DNA of 63,792 nt, the filler included, from Octopus bimaculoides (Eukaryota), in assembly GCF_001194135.2 (NCBI RefSeq). It is 8 parts of 7 records of this genome, joined end to end, with 100 filler letters (N's around TTAATTAATTAA, not from the genome) between each part and the next. Parts side by side here need not be neighbours in the genome. Positions count along the whole stretch, not along the records: positions 33,445 to 48,753 come from NC_068982.1; positions 48,854 to 53,163 come from NC_069009.1; 6 more parts are not named here. One strand, 5' to 3'. Positions 36,243 through 49,019 of the stretch are shown here, piece by piece. Each line of letters starts with the position of its first letter. The first letter of the stretch is position 1. The notes below the pieces were generated by a model. It saw only the letters and a list, made by a program, of their open reading frames with translations. It searched no databases and had not been told where the DNA came from. Position numbers and translations under genes: made by a program.

Positions 36243-36877
36243 NNNNNNNNNNNNNNNNNNNNNNNNNNNNNNNNNNNNNNNNNNNNNNNNNNNNNNNNNN
36301 NNNNNNNNNNNNNNNNNNNNNNNNNNNNNNNNNNNNNNNNNNNNNNNNNNNNNNNNNNNNNNNNNNNNNNNNNNNNNNNNNNNNNNNNNNNNNNNNNNNN
36401 NNNNNNNNNNNNNNNNNNNNNNNNNNNNNNNNNNNNNNNNNNNNNNNNNNNNNNNNNNNNNNNNNNNNNNNNNNNNNNNNNNNNNNNNNNNNNNNNNNNN
36501 NNNNNNNNNNNNNNNNNNNNNNNNNNNNNNNNNNNNNNNNNNNNNNNNNNNNNNNNNNNNNNNNNNNNNNNNNNNNNNNNNNNNNNNNNNNNNNNNNNNN
36601 NNNNNNNNNNNNNNNNNNNNNNNNNNNNNNNNNNNNNNNNNNNNNNNNNNNNNNNNNNNNNNNNNNNNNNNNNNNNNNNNNNNNNNNNNNNNNNNNNNNN
36701 NNNNNNNNNNNNNNNNNNNNNNNNNNNNNNNNNNNNNNNNNNNNNNNNNNNNNNNNNNNNNNNNNNNNNNNNNNNNNNNNNNNNNNNNNNNNNNNNNNNN
36801 NNNNNNNNNNNNNNNNNNNNNNNNNNNNNNNNNNNNNNNNNNNNNNNNNNNNNNNNNNNNNNNNNNNNNNNNNNNNN

Positions 36878-36915
<38 letters not shown>

Positions 36916-37329
36916 GTGTGTAATATAAATGTAAATTTATTGTTGTGCCTGTGTGTGCTTGTTTACCTTTGCATTTCTCTGAAAATCACTTCACTAGAAA
37001 TGACAACATTGTTGTCCTTTCCCTTGTCAACAAATCATCCACAAGCATCACACCTTATATACACATGCACATCAAGACATCTCTAACTTGAAAGACAGGT
37101 AAGGGTTAGGTACAGGAATGGCATCCAGCTGAAAAACTGCACCTTAACCTTTCATAAAATGTTTTTGGGTGTTTCTGTGGTGTTATGACCCAGTTCAAAC
37201 TCATAAAGCATAAGTTCCTGAATTAGACTATATTACACTTCATCTGTGCAGCTTTCAAATAATATATTTGTCTAACCCTTACTAGAATGAACAAAATGAA
37301 AGTAAAAATAAAATGTTTCTTTTCTCTTT

Positions 37330-37645
37330 TTTACCGCTGGACTGGCTCCTGTGCAGGTGGCATGTAAAATACACCATTTCGAGCGTGGCCGTTGCCAGTA
37401 CCTCCTGACTGGCCTTCATGCTGGTGGCCAGTACCTCCTGACTGGCCTTCATGCTGGTGGCTCGTAAAAGCACCCACTACACTCTTGGAGTGGTTGGCGT
37501 TAGGAAGGGCATCCAGCTGTAGAAACTCTGCCAAATCAGATTGGAGCCTGGTGTAGCCATCTGGTTCACCAGTCCTCAGTCAAATCGTCCAACCCATGCT
37601 AGCATGGAAAGCGGACGTTAAACGATGATGATGATGATGACGATG
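37330..37645 (+). mobile_element. RTE 3' UTR/tail copy
   Basis: Subrepeats, tail and (GAT)n. Confidence 0.85.
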
Positions 37646-38272
37646 ATTCATATATTGTAAGCACAGTATGGCCCAGTGGTTTAGAAGTTTGCTTCACAAT
37701 CACTAGGTCGCAGGTTCATCCTACTGCATGGCATTTTGAGTGTCGTTTTCTATTACTTTAAGACTAATTTATATCTTGTGCATGAAATGGGGTAGATGAA
37801 AACTATGCAAAAGCTTGCTGTAAGAATTGTACCTGTAACTGAAAGATACAATATACATTCATACAAAGGTATACAATTACATTTATACAACTACATTTAT
37901 AGCATAAATTTTCTTGAGAAAGAAAGTAACACTACAACTTCATTCTTACCATGTTTACATGTCTATGTAATATATCATTCATATATGGTTTTCTTTTAAA
38001 CATTTAACTACCATAGCATTATATGTGGAAGCATATAAAACTATGGAAAAAGGGTGTGAGAAACTCTTTTCTTTTCAGAACACCTTTCAATGGTCTGTGA
38101 GAATTTCTGAAATATGTCATACAACTAACTATAACTGGGTAGATGTAGCATGCAAATAACAAGGTAAAGAAAAATTATATGCACACACATATGTATATGT
38201 ATTCGTATATGTATGCATATGTATGTATGTATGTATGTGTCTATATATGTATATGTGTGTATGTAAGTATTA

Positions 38273-38303
<31 letters not shown>

Positions 38304-38589
38304 ACACACACAAGGCTTTGGTATTGTGGATGTGAAGCCTTGGGTAACTTTATATAAAATTTTGTTGTAATACATGTGTGTGTGTGTGTGTGTGTGTGTA
38401 TTGAGGCAAGTCAAAGGTTTTGCAATATTTGTATATGTGTGTGTATGTCACATGACTGAAGCAGTTGAATCCATGCAGGGTACCTGCTGGGGTAGGTTAT
38501 ATCATGGTGGTTAGTGCGCTGACACATCAGGCATTGCTTCACTTCGTATGTGATTTGAAAGCTGCACAAATAGACTTGGAATGTAATCT

Positions 38590-38870
38590 AATTCAGGAAG
38601 TTATGCTTTATGCGTTCGAACTTGGCCATAATGCTGTAGAAGTAGCCAAGAACATGTTGTGCAAGAGGTGAAGATGCAGTTGATGATAGTACAGTAACCA
38701 GATGGTTCAAAAACTTTTGCTTAGGTTGCAAGAACCTTGACAATCAGGCATGTTTAGGTAGGCCTAAAACCATGGATTCCATGGCTATGCTCCAAGCCAT
38801 AGAGGCAAATCTAGTGAGTAGCACTCAGAGAGTATCAGGTGAGATTTGCATCTCATGGATGTATGCCATT
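38590..38870 (+). mobile_element. Mariner transposase N-terminal remnant
   Basis: Frameshifted IQEVMLYAFELGHNAVEVAKN...STVTRWFKNFCLGCKNLDNQACLGRPKTMDS...AIEANLVSSTQRVSGE (mariner HTH). Confidence 0.8.
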
Positions 38871-39410
38871 GTGCAGCTAAAAATACTTGCCAATGGTTAG
38901 CAGAAAGACTGAGATGCCTGGTGCTTTGCTGTACTATAGAAGACCCATACTCCACAGCAGAAGAGTCAAAACCAGTGCCTTGGTGGAGAAGATTGACCTG
39001 CAAGAATCCTATGCCAGTGCCACATAAAAAGCACTCATACTAGGCAAAATGCTTACCTGCATTTTGTTCATCTTCACATTCTGAGTTCAAATTCTGCCAG
39101 GGATAACTTCCATCCTTTTATCCTTTCAACTTCCATTCTTTCAGGGTTGATATAATAAGTGCCAGTTTTTAGTACTGGAGTCAATTTAAGAGATTTGTGC
39201 CATCCCCCAAAAATTCAGGCAGTGGCATATAAAAGCACCCATGTGATTCCACGAAAGAGTGCCTGTGCAGTGTCACATAAACGTGCATGTGTGGTGCCAC
39301 GTAAAAGCACCCATGCAGTGCACCATGTAAAAACACCCAACACACTCTGTAAAGTGGTTGACATTAGGAAGGGCATCCAGCCATAGAAAACATGCCAAAT
39401 GTATATATAT

Positions 39411-39414
<4 letters not shown>

Positions 39415-39446
<32 letters not shown>

Positions 39447-39830
39447 GTTTTACGTCCGCTTTCCATGCTAGCATGGGTTGGACGATTTGACTGAGGACTG
39501 GCAAGTCAGAAGGCTGCACCAGGCTACAATCTGATCTGGCAGAGTTTCTACAGCTGGAGGATGCCCTTCCTAATGCCAACCACTCCAAGAGTGTAGTGGG
39601 TGCTTTTACGTGCCACCTGCACAGGAGTCAGTCCAGCAGCACTGGCAACAATCTTGCTTGAATGCTTTGTTCACAAGCCACCAGCACAAGTGCCAGGAAG
39701 GCAACGCTGGTAACAATCACTCTCAAATTTTTATGTGCCACCAGCATGTAAGCCAGCCCACTGCTCTGGCTGTGATCCCGTATGGATGGTGCTGTTAGCG
39801 CTCCACTGGCACAGGTGCCACTCATCGAAT
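39415..39830 (-). mobile_element. RTE 3' UTR/tail copy
   Basis: (ATC)n followed by the reverse complement of the tail. Confidence 0.8.
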
Positions 39831-39865
39831 TTGGTTTAGTTTCGCTTTCAATTTCAAATTCGATA

Positions 39866-40172
39866 CATATATATGCAAAATTTAGGTAAGTTAAAATATA
39901 TTTGTGACACATTTAAACTGCTAAAAGGCAAATGCAGTGCAGTTACCAATGAGAAAATATCTCCCTTATGGTAAAAGGTGTGAAAACACCTGATCTGTTC
40001 AGTGTTGCCATCTATCAGGAATCCCAGGCAACACTAAACACACTGGGTGTTTTCACACCTTTTACCATAAGAGAGATATTTTCTCCATGGTTACTGCACT
40101 GTATTCACCTTTTAGCAGTTGAAATATGTCACAAACATATTTTAACTAACCTAAATTTTGCTTATATACATG
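39866..40172. mobile_element. Foldback (palindromic) MITE
   Basis: About 140-bp imperfect arms, e.g. gcaaaatttaggtaagttaaaatat...ggtaaaaggtgtgaaaacacc versus ggtgttttcacaccttttacc...attttaactaacctaaattttgc. Confidence 0.75.
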
Positions 40173-40849
40173 ATGGCCATTCTTTGTTCTCAGGTAAATC
40201 AATTGATTTGTGACATTTCAGGCCATCAAGTGATCTACACCCTTTGGCAAAGATGTTACAAGCTTGATTGTCTCTAAAGACAGGAGCTTATATGGACAGT
40301 TTGTTCTAGAAAACTTTCAGGTGAAGAGCTACTATTGACAACTTATTGAAGTTACTGTTAGGTTGGCAGTATTAACTTAATGGCACAAGCCGGTCAAGAT
40401 TAACTCTATTGGCCTAGAAGCATCATCAGATGTAACTGTATTGAAATGTGTACAAAACAATGAAAATATTTTGCATGGCCACTTTCAGAATCTGAGTATT
40501 TCTGACTTGTAGATTGTGTCAAACAGTTGCTACAGAGTGTAGGACGAATCTAGCTATTGACCAATTCCACCATGGGAATTGCTTCATTACTCTCTTTTAA
40601 ACAGATAGAATAGGCATTGAGTTTGAAAAAAAAAATTCTTTTGAAGTGGATGAGGCTGAAAATTACTGGGGATGGACACTTTCCTCTTGAGTCCAGCACT
40701 CACTGAATAAGTTCTGGCAAGCAAATCCATGTTATTGAGCAGAATATTTGCTGTAGCCCTTCTTTTATACCAAGAAAAAACAATGTACATGATAACACTT
40801 CCAATCAGTTAGGATGAGAAGCCATGAGAGCTGGTATTGCATCAGGTAT

Positions 40850-41106
<257 letters not shown>

Positions 41107-41653
41107 GTCATTGTTGTTGTTTCTTTTTTTGATAAGTTGATTTTGTTCTTCTGTTCATGGATTATATCGTGTCAATTTTTTCAAAGATTGGATTCTTATT
41201 TATGTGTCACATTCCTACGACAACCCCACACAAGAGACAGTTCAGGGGCACCGGCAACGATCTCGCTCAAATTATTACAAAGAATAGTGAGAAGCTTCTT
41301 TTCATTTCCTTTTCTACCATGTTTAAGCAAAAAACACATATTGGAACACTTCTTAAAGTTTTTTTTTCACTTAGCTATGCTTCATTGTAGGGTAGTAGGA
41401 AGCGATGCTCATCACAGTAGTGGTAGTGACAATATAAACAAATTTGCCACCCAGCCGCGAAAAGAAAAAACAAAAACAAAAATATTAGCAGAAATCTTTT
41501 TTTTTTAAAAAAAAGAAGGATAACAAATAAGAAATCTAACAACACTGAACAAACAGATACACAGAGAAAATAGATAGCTGTGGCAGATAAGGCAGATAAC
41601 AGTAATAACAGTGACTTAAATATTTGATGCAAAAAGGCAAATAACAAACAACA

Positions 41654-41696
<43 letters not shown>

Positions 41697-42149
41697 ATAT
41701 ACACTTTGTCAATTGAACAAAACGGAAATTTGGGTGAAGGATCAGTTTTGTCTTTTAAAACAATAACTTCTGAGAGATTAGCTACAAACATGGAATATCT
41801 AAAAAATTTTTAAAAAAAGAAACAAACTGCATAGTAGCTTTGTATAACAAAAACAGGTGCATTTTACCTGAAGTTATCATGCAGGTTTGAGAGAAAAAAA
41901 TAGTTGATTGCTCAAATTTCTTTGTACCCTATAAAGAACAACTTGGCCACCCAAATTCATGGAACCTGATCTACATCAGGTAAGGAAGGGGTATGGCACA
42001 ATATGTGTTGTTTTTAAGGTAAAAGAGATAGTCTTATTTCATATGTCTGACATCCACCTGCAGATAAATCCCACAGAAATGAAAGAACATATAAGTTGCC
42101 ACAAAAGTCATCAGTGAGGCACTGACCTCTGGCTCACAGTTATATTCTT

Positions 42150-42480
42150 CACTCAAAATGAGCAGGTGATCAATATTGATATGATTTTTGATGATATACA
42201 GTTGGGTGAAATTTCTACTGACACACAAATTCTCATGACCCCAAAAGACAGACCATAAAACATGTAACAGTCAAGTCATTTAGATTTTTCTTCCCTGAAG
42301 AACTGTTAAAGCTAAAACAAAATAAGAAATGTATGTTGCCAAGGTGACCATTCCCAGAGCACTATAGGGTGCAGTGCCTGGAGCATCAAGGAGCATTGCC
42401 TCATTCTTAGTTCCAGAAAAACCAAAGGATTCCTTCCCCAGTCATAAACCAGTAATGCTATTACATCATCTTATGGTAAG
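42150..42480 (+). mobile_element. Highly degenerate LINE RT fragment
   Basis: W...SIASFLVPEKPKDSFPSHKPVMLLHHL loosely resembles the W..A.V..I.KPGK....SYRPISLL motif. Confidence 0.3.
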
Positions 42481-43379
42481 GAAGAGATGGAAAGCAAGCA
42501 GGAGTGGAAGACTGTTTAACACAGTAGGAAGGGCAAGTAAAGAAGGAGTACCTAAAGAATAAAGGCACAAAATACTCCTAGGCAAGGTAAGCAAAAAGTA
42601 TAAGAAGCTGATAGCATCAGTAAAGTGGGGAAAGATAAAGGGAATAACAATGTTTTGATTGAGGAACAGTTGTACCTCAATTTTATGAACTAATCAAATG
42701 ATAGACTGCTATCCAACCAATATAGCAGTTTATACAACTATCAATTATACCACCATTTTATGAACTTCAGTACAATTTTGTATAGGATGAGGGATTGTTT
42801 TTCTAGATGAACACCAAAGATACTCACAGGTAACTTTGGATTATAACAATTTTGAAACTTATTGGAAAACCAGTAATGTGGGGGTACCAGTGTTGTGGGG
42901 TACCAGTGTTGTGAGGTATTCTGGGCCAACTTAGCTGATGCATATTCACCCATGTAGGTAGGTAACTTTAAATGTTTACATTTTTTCGTTATTTTTTTAC
43001 ATTCATAACTTGTTTTAATTATTGCACATTTTAATCATATTTATGTCAATTTTTTATATATTCATTATATAATGCTATTAATCCACTTGTTTTTTTGTAT
43101 AACAATGTGTTGTCTCACCCTATGTATGATACATTGTTATGTCATGCTTTTGATTTTATTGTATGTATATTTAAGGCATTGTGACTCATAAAACATATAC
43201 TAATAAATGGTAGGTTGTAAAGGAATTACCCTCATCTATAAGTTGAAGGTCTACTGTGCAGTTGTTCTCTCTCAAAACTTCTTTATACTTGTGAGTTGTG
43301 AACTGTTAATAAAAGGCATCTCAACTATTTCTACATGAGAGTCACTGCAGCATCTGGCATATCTGCTGACAGAGCACAA

Positions 43380-43870
43380 ACCTTGACACTGAGATGCTTG
43401 AAACACAAGATTTTTTGCACCAATGATTATTGTGATAAATGAGAATTTATCATCAGGATTGGGGAGCTGCAGGGTGTGAAGTATTTGTCCTTAAATATTC
43501 TCCTTCTTGCTGATTTTGGTACAGATGTTCACATCTGCAGAGTAGCTAACTTGTATCGCTGAACATAACTTTTCTTTTCAATCCCAAATGACAATATCAG
43601 GCCTGTTTGCACTTGGTAGAAGTTTTGATAGGAACATTCTATTAATATTCCTTTTGTTGATATGTATTTGACAGCAGAAATGTTGCTTATATTTAACCCA
43701 GAGCAGGCTTTTCTGCAGCTGGCATTGTATGTAGATTTAGCATGAAAATCATGTCACAGTGGGAAGTAGGAACCACCATGATATTTTTTAGCAGCTGCTG
43801 ATTTCATTTTATGTCTTCCACAGAAGAGTGACATAATTGGCATTTGCAGATGCATCTTGGGAGTTTAAGG
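43380..43870 (-). pseudogene. 3' remnant of an RLE-type (R4/NeSL/CRE-like) non-LTR retrotransposon
   Basis: Zinc-knuckle-like KCQLCHSSVEDI...ISSC...L*HD..AK..YN, then ANRPDIVIWD*KEKLCSAIQVSYSADVNICTKISKKENI*GQILHTLQLPNPDDKFSFITIIIGA (PD-(D/E)xK restriction-like endonuclease). Confidence 0.75.
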
Positions 43871-46589
43871 GCTTTACTGTTCTGTTTGTTCATTAATTAT
43901 TTTGTAGCTATCTCTTGCTTTTGGATTGCAAAAGCATGGCCTTTGGGGTGTGACATGGTGCAAAGGGGTCACGAATTCAAGAAAGGCTGCATGCATTCCT
44001 TTGCATGTGGGAATCTGTAAGTTTCAACTCATGTATGTGAACATTAATGTTTATGCACTTTTATATGTAATCATGCACATATTACAGGTTAATTCAGGAA
44101 TGTTTTACATGTTTTTGCATTTATTTTAATGGATTGTAATAATAATTTTCTTATTACTCATGTTCTTCCTGATTTTGTCATTCCCAGCTTCTGAAAATTT
44201 GGGTCTCAAGCAGTTTGCTATATAACCACGTACCCAAAAAAATTACAGATATAAAATATATTGTGTTATAGTTCAGGTGTAGTAACTGAAGATTTCTCAT
44301 TAGTTCACCAATTTGTATGCATGTGTGTAAATATGTGCATGTGTAAGCATGCAGGTATGTAAGTGTAAATGTATAGATATGTATTTATGTGTGTATATGC
44401 AACTATGTATGCATGCACTTATGTGTGTGTGTGTATGAGTATGCAGGTATCTATATATATGTATGCATGCACACATGCATGTATCTATATGTGCGTATGT
44501 AGGTATTTGTGAGTATATTTATATATATAAATGTGTGTTGTTTTGTGTGTGGGTAGCTGTGGGTGGGTGGGTGTGTCTGTGTGTCTGTGTGTATGCGTGT
44601 GTGTGTGTGCGCGTGTGCGTGTGCGTGTGCATACACATGTGTGTGCATGTATGTGTGTACATCTACAGTCAGAAGAACTTACAGTCTTGTCTGAAAGTGA
44701 AAAGAACGTCAAGTTTGGTTCCTCTAAATTGCAGTGGTTACGTGACTACTTGTGAAAACTGTTTACTTATTCAGAATGTTAAATTGATTTGCACAGGAAA
44801 ACCAACTGCTCCAAAGCTAAAAGAAATTCTTCACCTGAGAAACATTTTGTTGTGTAATATTTTAACTCAAAAGGCCTTGAAGTATTACAACCCAAGTACT
44901 CAAACACTGTCAATAGCGACACAAAATAGGTACAACTAATGAGGAAGACACCTACATGGTTGCCCAGACTACCAGAAATGGCACCCAAACTTTTCTCTTC
45001 TGATACTCTACTATATTTAAGAAGTCAAGAATAATACATTAGGTAATGCAGTCCTAAGTACATCGTCATCATCATCATTCTAATGTCCACATTTCTATGC
45101 TTCATGGGCTTGGATGGAATTCATTGAGGCAGATTTCTTATGGCTTGGTGCCTCTTCTTATCTTTAACCTGAACCTTGTCCCCAGGAAGGTAATATTTCC
45201 CCATGACAAGACATGTTTTCATGGAAGTCTGAAAATGAAGATCACCACTTGTATAATGGTTTACTTGTTTACAACTCAAAGGGTAAAGGGTAAAGACCTC
45301 CTTCAGTCATGAATGACCATGGGGTTGCACCTAGAAAGTTTCCCTCTGAGGCACAAGTCTGAGCAAGGTTGTTAATGGAAGACCAGCAGTCGCCCAAGCA
45401 TACCAGCTTCCCCCTCCATACCGCTGATGCTTTCCAAAGGCTGATACAGCTTGGTACCAATGATGTTGCAACTCATTTCTACAGCTGACTGAACTGAAGC
45501 AATGTGAAATAAAGTGTCTTGCTCAAGAACACAACACACAACCTGGTCCAGGAATCGAACTCACTACATCATGATTGTGAACCCGATGTTCTAAACACTG
45601 AGCCATGTGCCTTCACATAACTCTCACATGACATAAAGACAAATGGATACAAACATACACACATATATACATACACATGCACATGCTGTTATATGCATAC
45701 ATATATGCAAGTGTCTTCTATTATAGCCTCAGGCCGACCAAAGCCCTGTGAGTGGATTTGGTAGACAGAAACTGAAAGAAGCCCGTCGTATATATGTATA
45801 TATATGTGTATGTGTATGTATATGTTTGTGTGCCTGTGTTTGTCGACATTGCTATGCCTGCATCTATAGCCATGCTTGTATCAAAACAGAGAAAAATAAA
45901 CTAAAACAGAGCCATCAAAACTGGAATACCTGGAGATAATAAGCTACTCTCAAAAGCTCTGTCAAGTGGACAATGTTTTGAAATGTCAGTTAATAATAGT
46001 TAACCTTTAAAGCGGTGAGTTGGCAGAATCGTTAGCATACCAGGCAAAATGCTTTGCAACATTTTGTCTGTCTTTATGTTCTGAGCTCAAATTCCACCAA
46101 AGTCAACTTTGCCTTTCATCCTTTCAGGATCGATATAATAGGTAACAGCTGAGCATTGGGGCTGATGTTATCAACTTACCCTCTCCCTAAAAGCTGAAAG
46201 TAATAATAGCTAATCCTAAATGACTTATACTAACATATAAGCAGCCTAGAACTTCAGATATCTACAAAAATCAAGCTACTTAACCTCCATATTTTTTTAT
46301 AATTATGGCATTTGGTCTTTTCATATTATTAAAGAATATGTAAATTAATCTCAATGAGAAGCAGTGTAATTATGTAGATAACTTTTGTTACTTATTTACT
46401 TTCCAATATTCCCTGAATTTTATGAATTTATGAATGTTTACTGAAAGAAAACCTTTTTTTTTCATTTCATTGGCAGGCACAAGTATGGCTGTGTGAGTAA
46501 GAAGCTTGCTTTGGAACCATGTGGTTTCAGGTCTGCTCCCACAATGCAGCTCCTGTGTAACTGTCTTCTATTATAGTAATGGTCTAATC

Positions 46590-46895
46590 CGGTGCTACTC
46601 AAAGTGGTGGTCCATGGACCGGTGCCAGTCCATGAGCCATTGGCTGCTAGTATGTGGTGAGTTACCAGAAAAGAAAGAAATATCATAAAATGCTTATAAA
46701 ATTCTTATGTAATATTGTATTATTTGTTTACAAAATAAATATAAGATGAAAAAAATTTGTCAACTTTTATTATATCCATTATATATATTGTGTCCAGTAT
46801 AAATTAATATTACTAAGAAATATTACCGGTCCCTGGCACATTGGAAAAAACAAAAAGGTGCCAGTACGCCACATCAGATAGTTTGAGAAGCACTG
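46590..46895. mobile_element. hAT-like MITE nested in a family 1 SINE (SINE about 46475-47240)
   Basis: TIRs cggtgctactcaaagt / agtttgagaagcactg; the SINE body resumes immediately after; degenerate 8-bp flanks gtctaatc / gtcaaact. Confidence 0.6.
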
Positions 46896-46948
46896 GTCAA
46901 ACTAATGCCTTGTGAATGAATTTTGTAGATGAAACTGAGAAGCTTGTC

Positions 46949-46979
<31 letters not shown>

Positions 46980-47989
46980 TGTACGTATGTGTTTGTGTTT
47001 GCTTGTATACATGTGTATATATATGTGCCCCTCTTCAGTTTTGTGTTTGTCCCTGCCACCACTTGACAACAAGTGTTGCTTTGTTTACATCCTTGTAACT
47101 TAGTGGTTCAACTAATGAGCCAAATAAAATAAGTACTAAAGTTAAAATAAATGCTAGAGTCAATTTGGTCATCTAAGCCTTGCAAAATGGTGCTCCAGTA
47201 TGGTCACAGCGGCCCAATGACTGAAACAAGTAAAAGCATAAAAGAGTAGTGTGTCTGTTATAAACAGAAATTAATATAAACAAATTTAATTTTATGCATT
47301 TACACATTTAAACGCAGCTCCATGTTTTAATCACAAACAAATTAACATATGAAAAGAAAAAAATATAGCCTTCTTCCCATACTCAATTGACCAACAAGAT
47401 ATAAACATATGTTCAGAAATCTATATATGAAAATTATTAATAACATTAGCATATGAAAACAATATAGTAGTCACTAAATTAATATAATATTTCCTGCTAC
47501 CTAAAGGAGATACACACTGTGTAAATAAATAAAAAGTATTGTAAAGAGTCAGGTTTAAAAGCTGCTGGAGTGTCAGATACAATACCTCACAGTATTTCAC
47601 CTGAATCTCTACGATATGAGTTCAAATCCTATTGAGGTCAACTCTGTTATTTATCCTTTCAAGGTTGCTAAAACATACCAAACTGGTATGATGAATTGGT
47701 AGAACTGTTCAAATATTGAGTCAAAGGCCTTTCAGTATATATTCCAGCTCTTTGCATCCTGAGTTCAAATCTTGCTGGAGTCAACTTATTTATCTCTTCA
47801 GGATTAAATAAACAAATCAATCCAGTGTTTGATTAGTCAAACTGTAAAATCACTGGATATGTTCCAGTTCTTTGAATTCTGAGTTCAAATTTTGCCAGGG
47901 TATACTTGAGTGGTACACTTAATCCATTACCTGGTTTAGGACTTGACACTTTGGATGACTTTATTTTAGTAATCACCAAAAATTCCAGT

Positions 47990-48210
47990 TATGGCATGTG
48001 TGCTTCAATGACCTCAAGAGAAATGTCAGTTGAGTGCAAGCTCCTGATGGGGGCCTTCCATCTTAAACAGATCAAAAAATAGATGTCAGACTAATATGGA
48101 CCACCTCTTTCCAGAAGGAAAAATAGGTTTGTGTAGGGCCGGCAACCCTACTTAGTAAAAAGCAAAGTTACAGAAGTATCAATGACAATTGAAACCAGCA
48201 AAACCTGGGA
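47990..48210 (+). mobile_element. Decayed RTE-type 5' UTR
   Basis: gctcctgatggggg...cagactaa...gtagggccggcaaccctac...gtaaaaa...gttacagaa resembles RTE 5' UTR layouts; judged from recall, not aligned. Confidence 0.35.
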
Positions 48211-48399
48211 GAGGAAAGAAAGACACCCTGTTACCCCTAAAGAAAGATTAACCCACCAATTAATATTTCTAGTTTAGTCATTTACTCAATGTCCTGTAGC
48301 GTTACACTGCAAAATGATATGATTTATATATATATTAAGCCTTCATTCTTCTTCTCGAACCTCTTCCTCGTTTATTTTCTTTTCTTTTATGTATTTTTC

Positions 48400-48521
48400 C
48401 CCACTCTGATGAAGCTCCATGTTCCAGATTGGATGTGTTACAAAATATGACAAATATTATTCTCAGAATTTTCAATGGCAACAGTGAAGGACATTGGAAG
48501 CAGAAACGGCTGTTAGATGGG
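48400..48521 (+). ncRNA. Degenerate type I hammerhead-like motif
   Basis: cccact-CTGATGA-a-gctccatgttcc...ggacattggaagc-a-GAAAC-ggct-GT-T-agatggg; bulged stems, extra bases at the stem II junction. Confidence 0.45.
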
Positions 48522-48604
48522 ATAAAGTTTTGTATTAAAAAATAATAATCGATGTTAGTCAATTGTTGTTGATCAAGATTTCTCCATTTTCTGCTTAATC
48601 TATA

Positions 48605-48753
48605 TATCATCATCATCATCATCGTTTAACGTCCGCTTTCCATGCTAGCATGGGTTGGACGATTTGACTGAGGACTGGTGAAACCGGATGGCAACACCAG
48701 GCTCCAGTCTGATTTGGCAGAGTTTCTACAGCTGGATGCCCTTCCTAACGCCA
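48605..48753 (-). mobile_element. RTE 3' tail copy truncated at scaffold join
   Basis: (ATC)n then gtttaacgtccgctttccatgctagc... Confidence 0.85.
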
Positions 48754-49019
48754 NNNNNNNNNNNNNNNNNNNNNNNNNNNNNNNNNNNNNNNNNNNNTTA
48801 ATTAATTAANNNNNNNNNNNNNNNNNNNNNNNNNNNNNNNNNNNNNNNNNNNNTAAATTATCATTGTTTTAAATACAAGTTGAACGAAGTTTAAGTTTAA
48901 AATAATAATGAAGATAAAATTAGTACATATTTATATATACACATACACACATATGGATCTATATTGCAAAATCATATGTCCAATACAGCTTATTCAAATA
49001 TGGTTCCTCAACTTCATGT

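Noticed and set aside
40180-40790. Non-repetitive stretch with short ORFs
   Set aside because: No coherent frame or motif found.
41960-42480. Chain of small plus-strand exon-like pieces with gt/ag sites
   Set aside because: Better explained as decayed LINE RT sequence.
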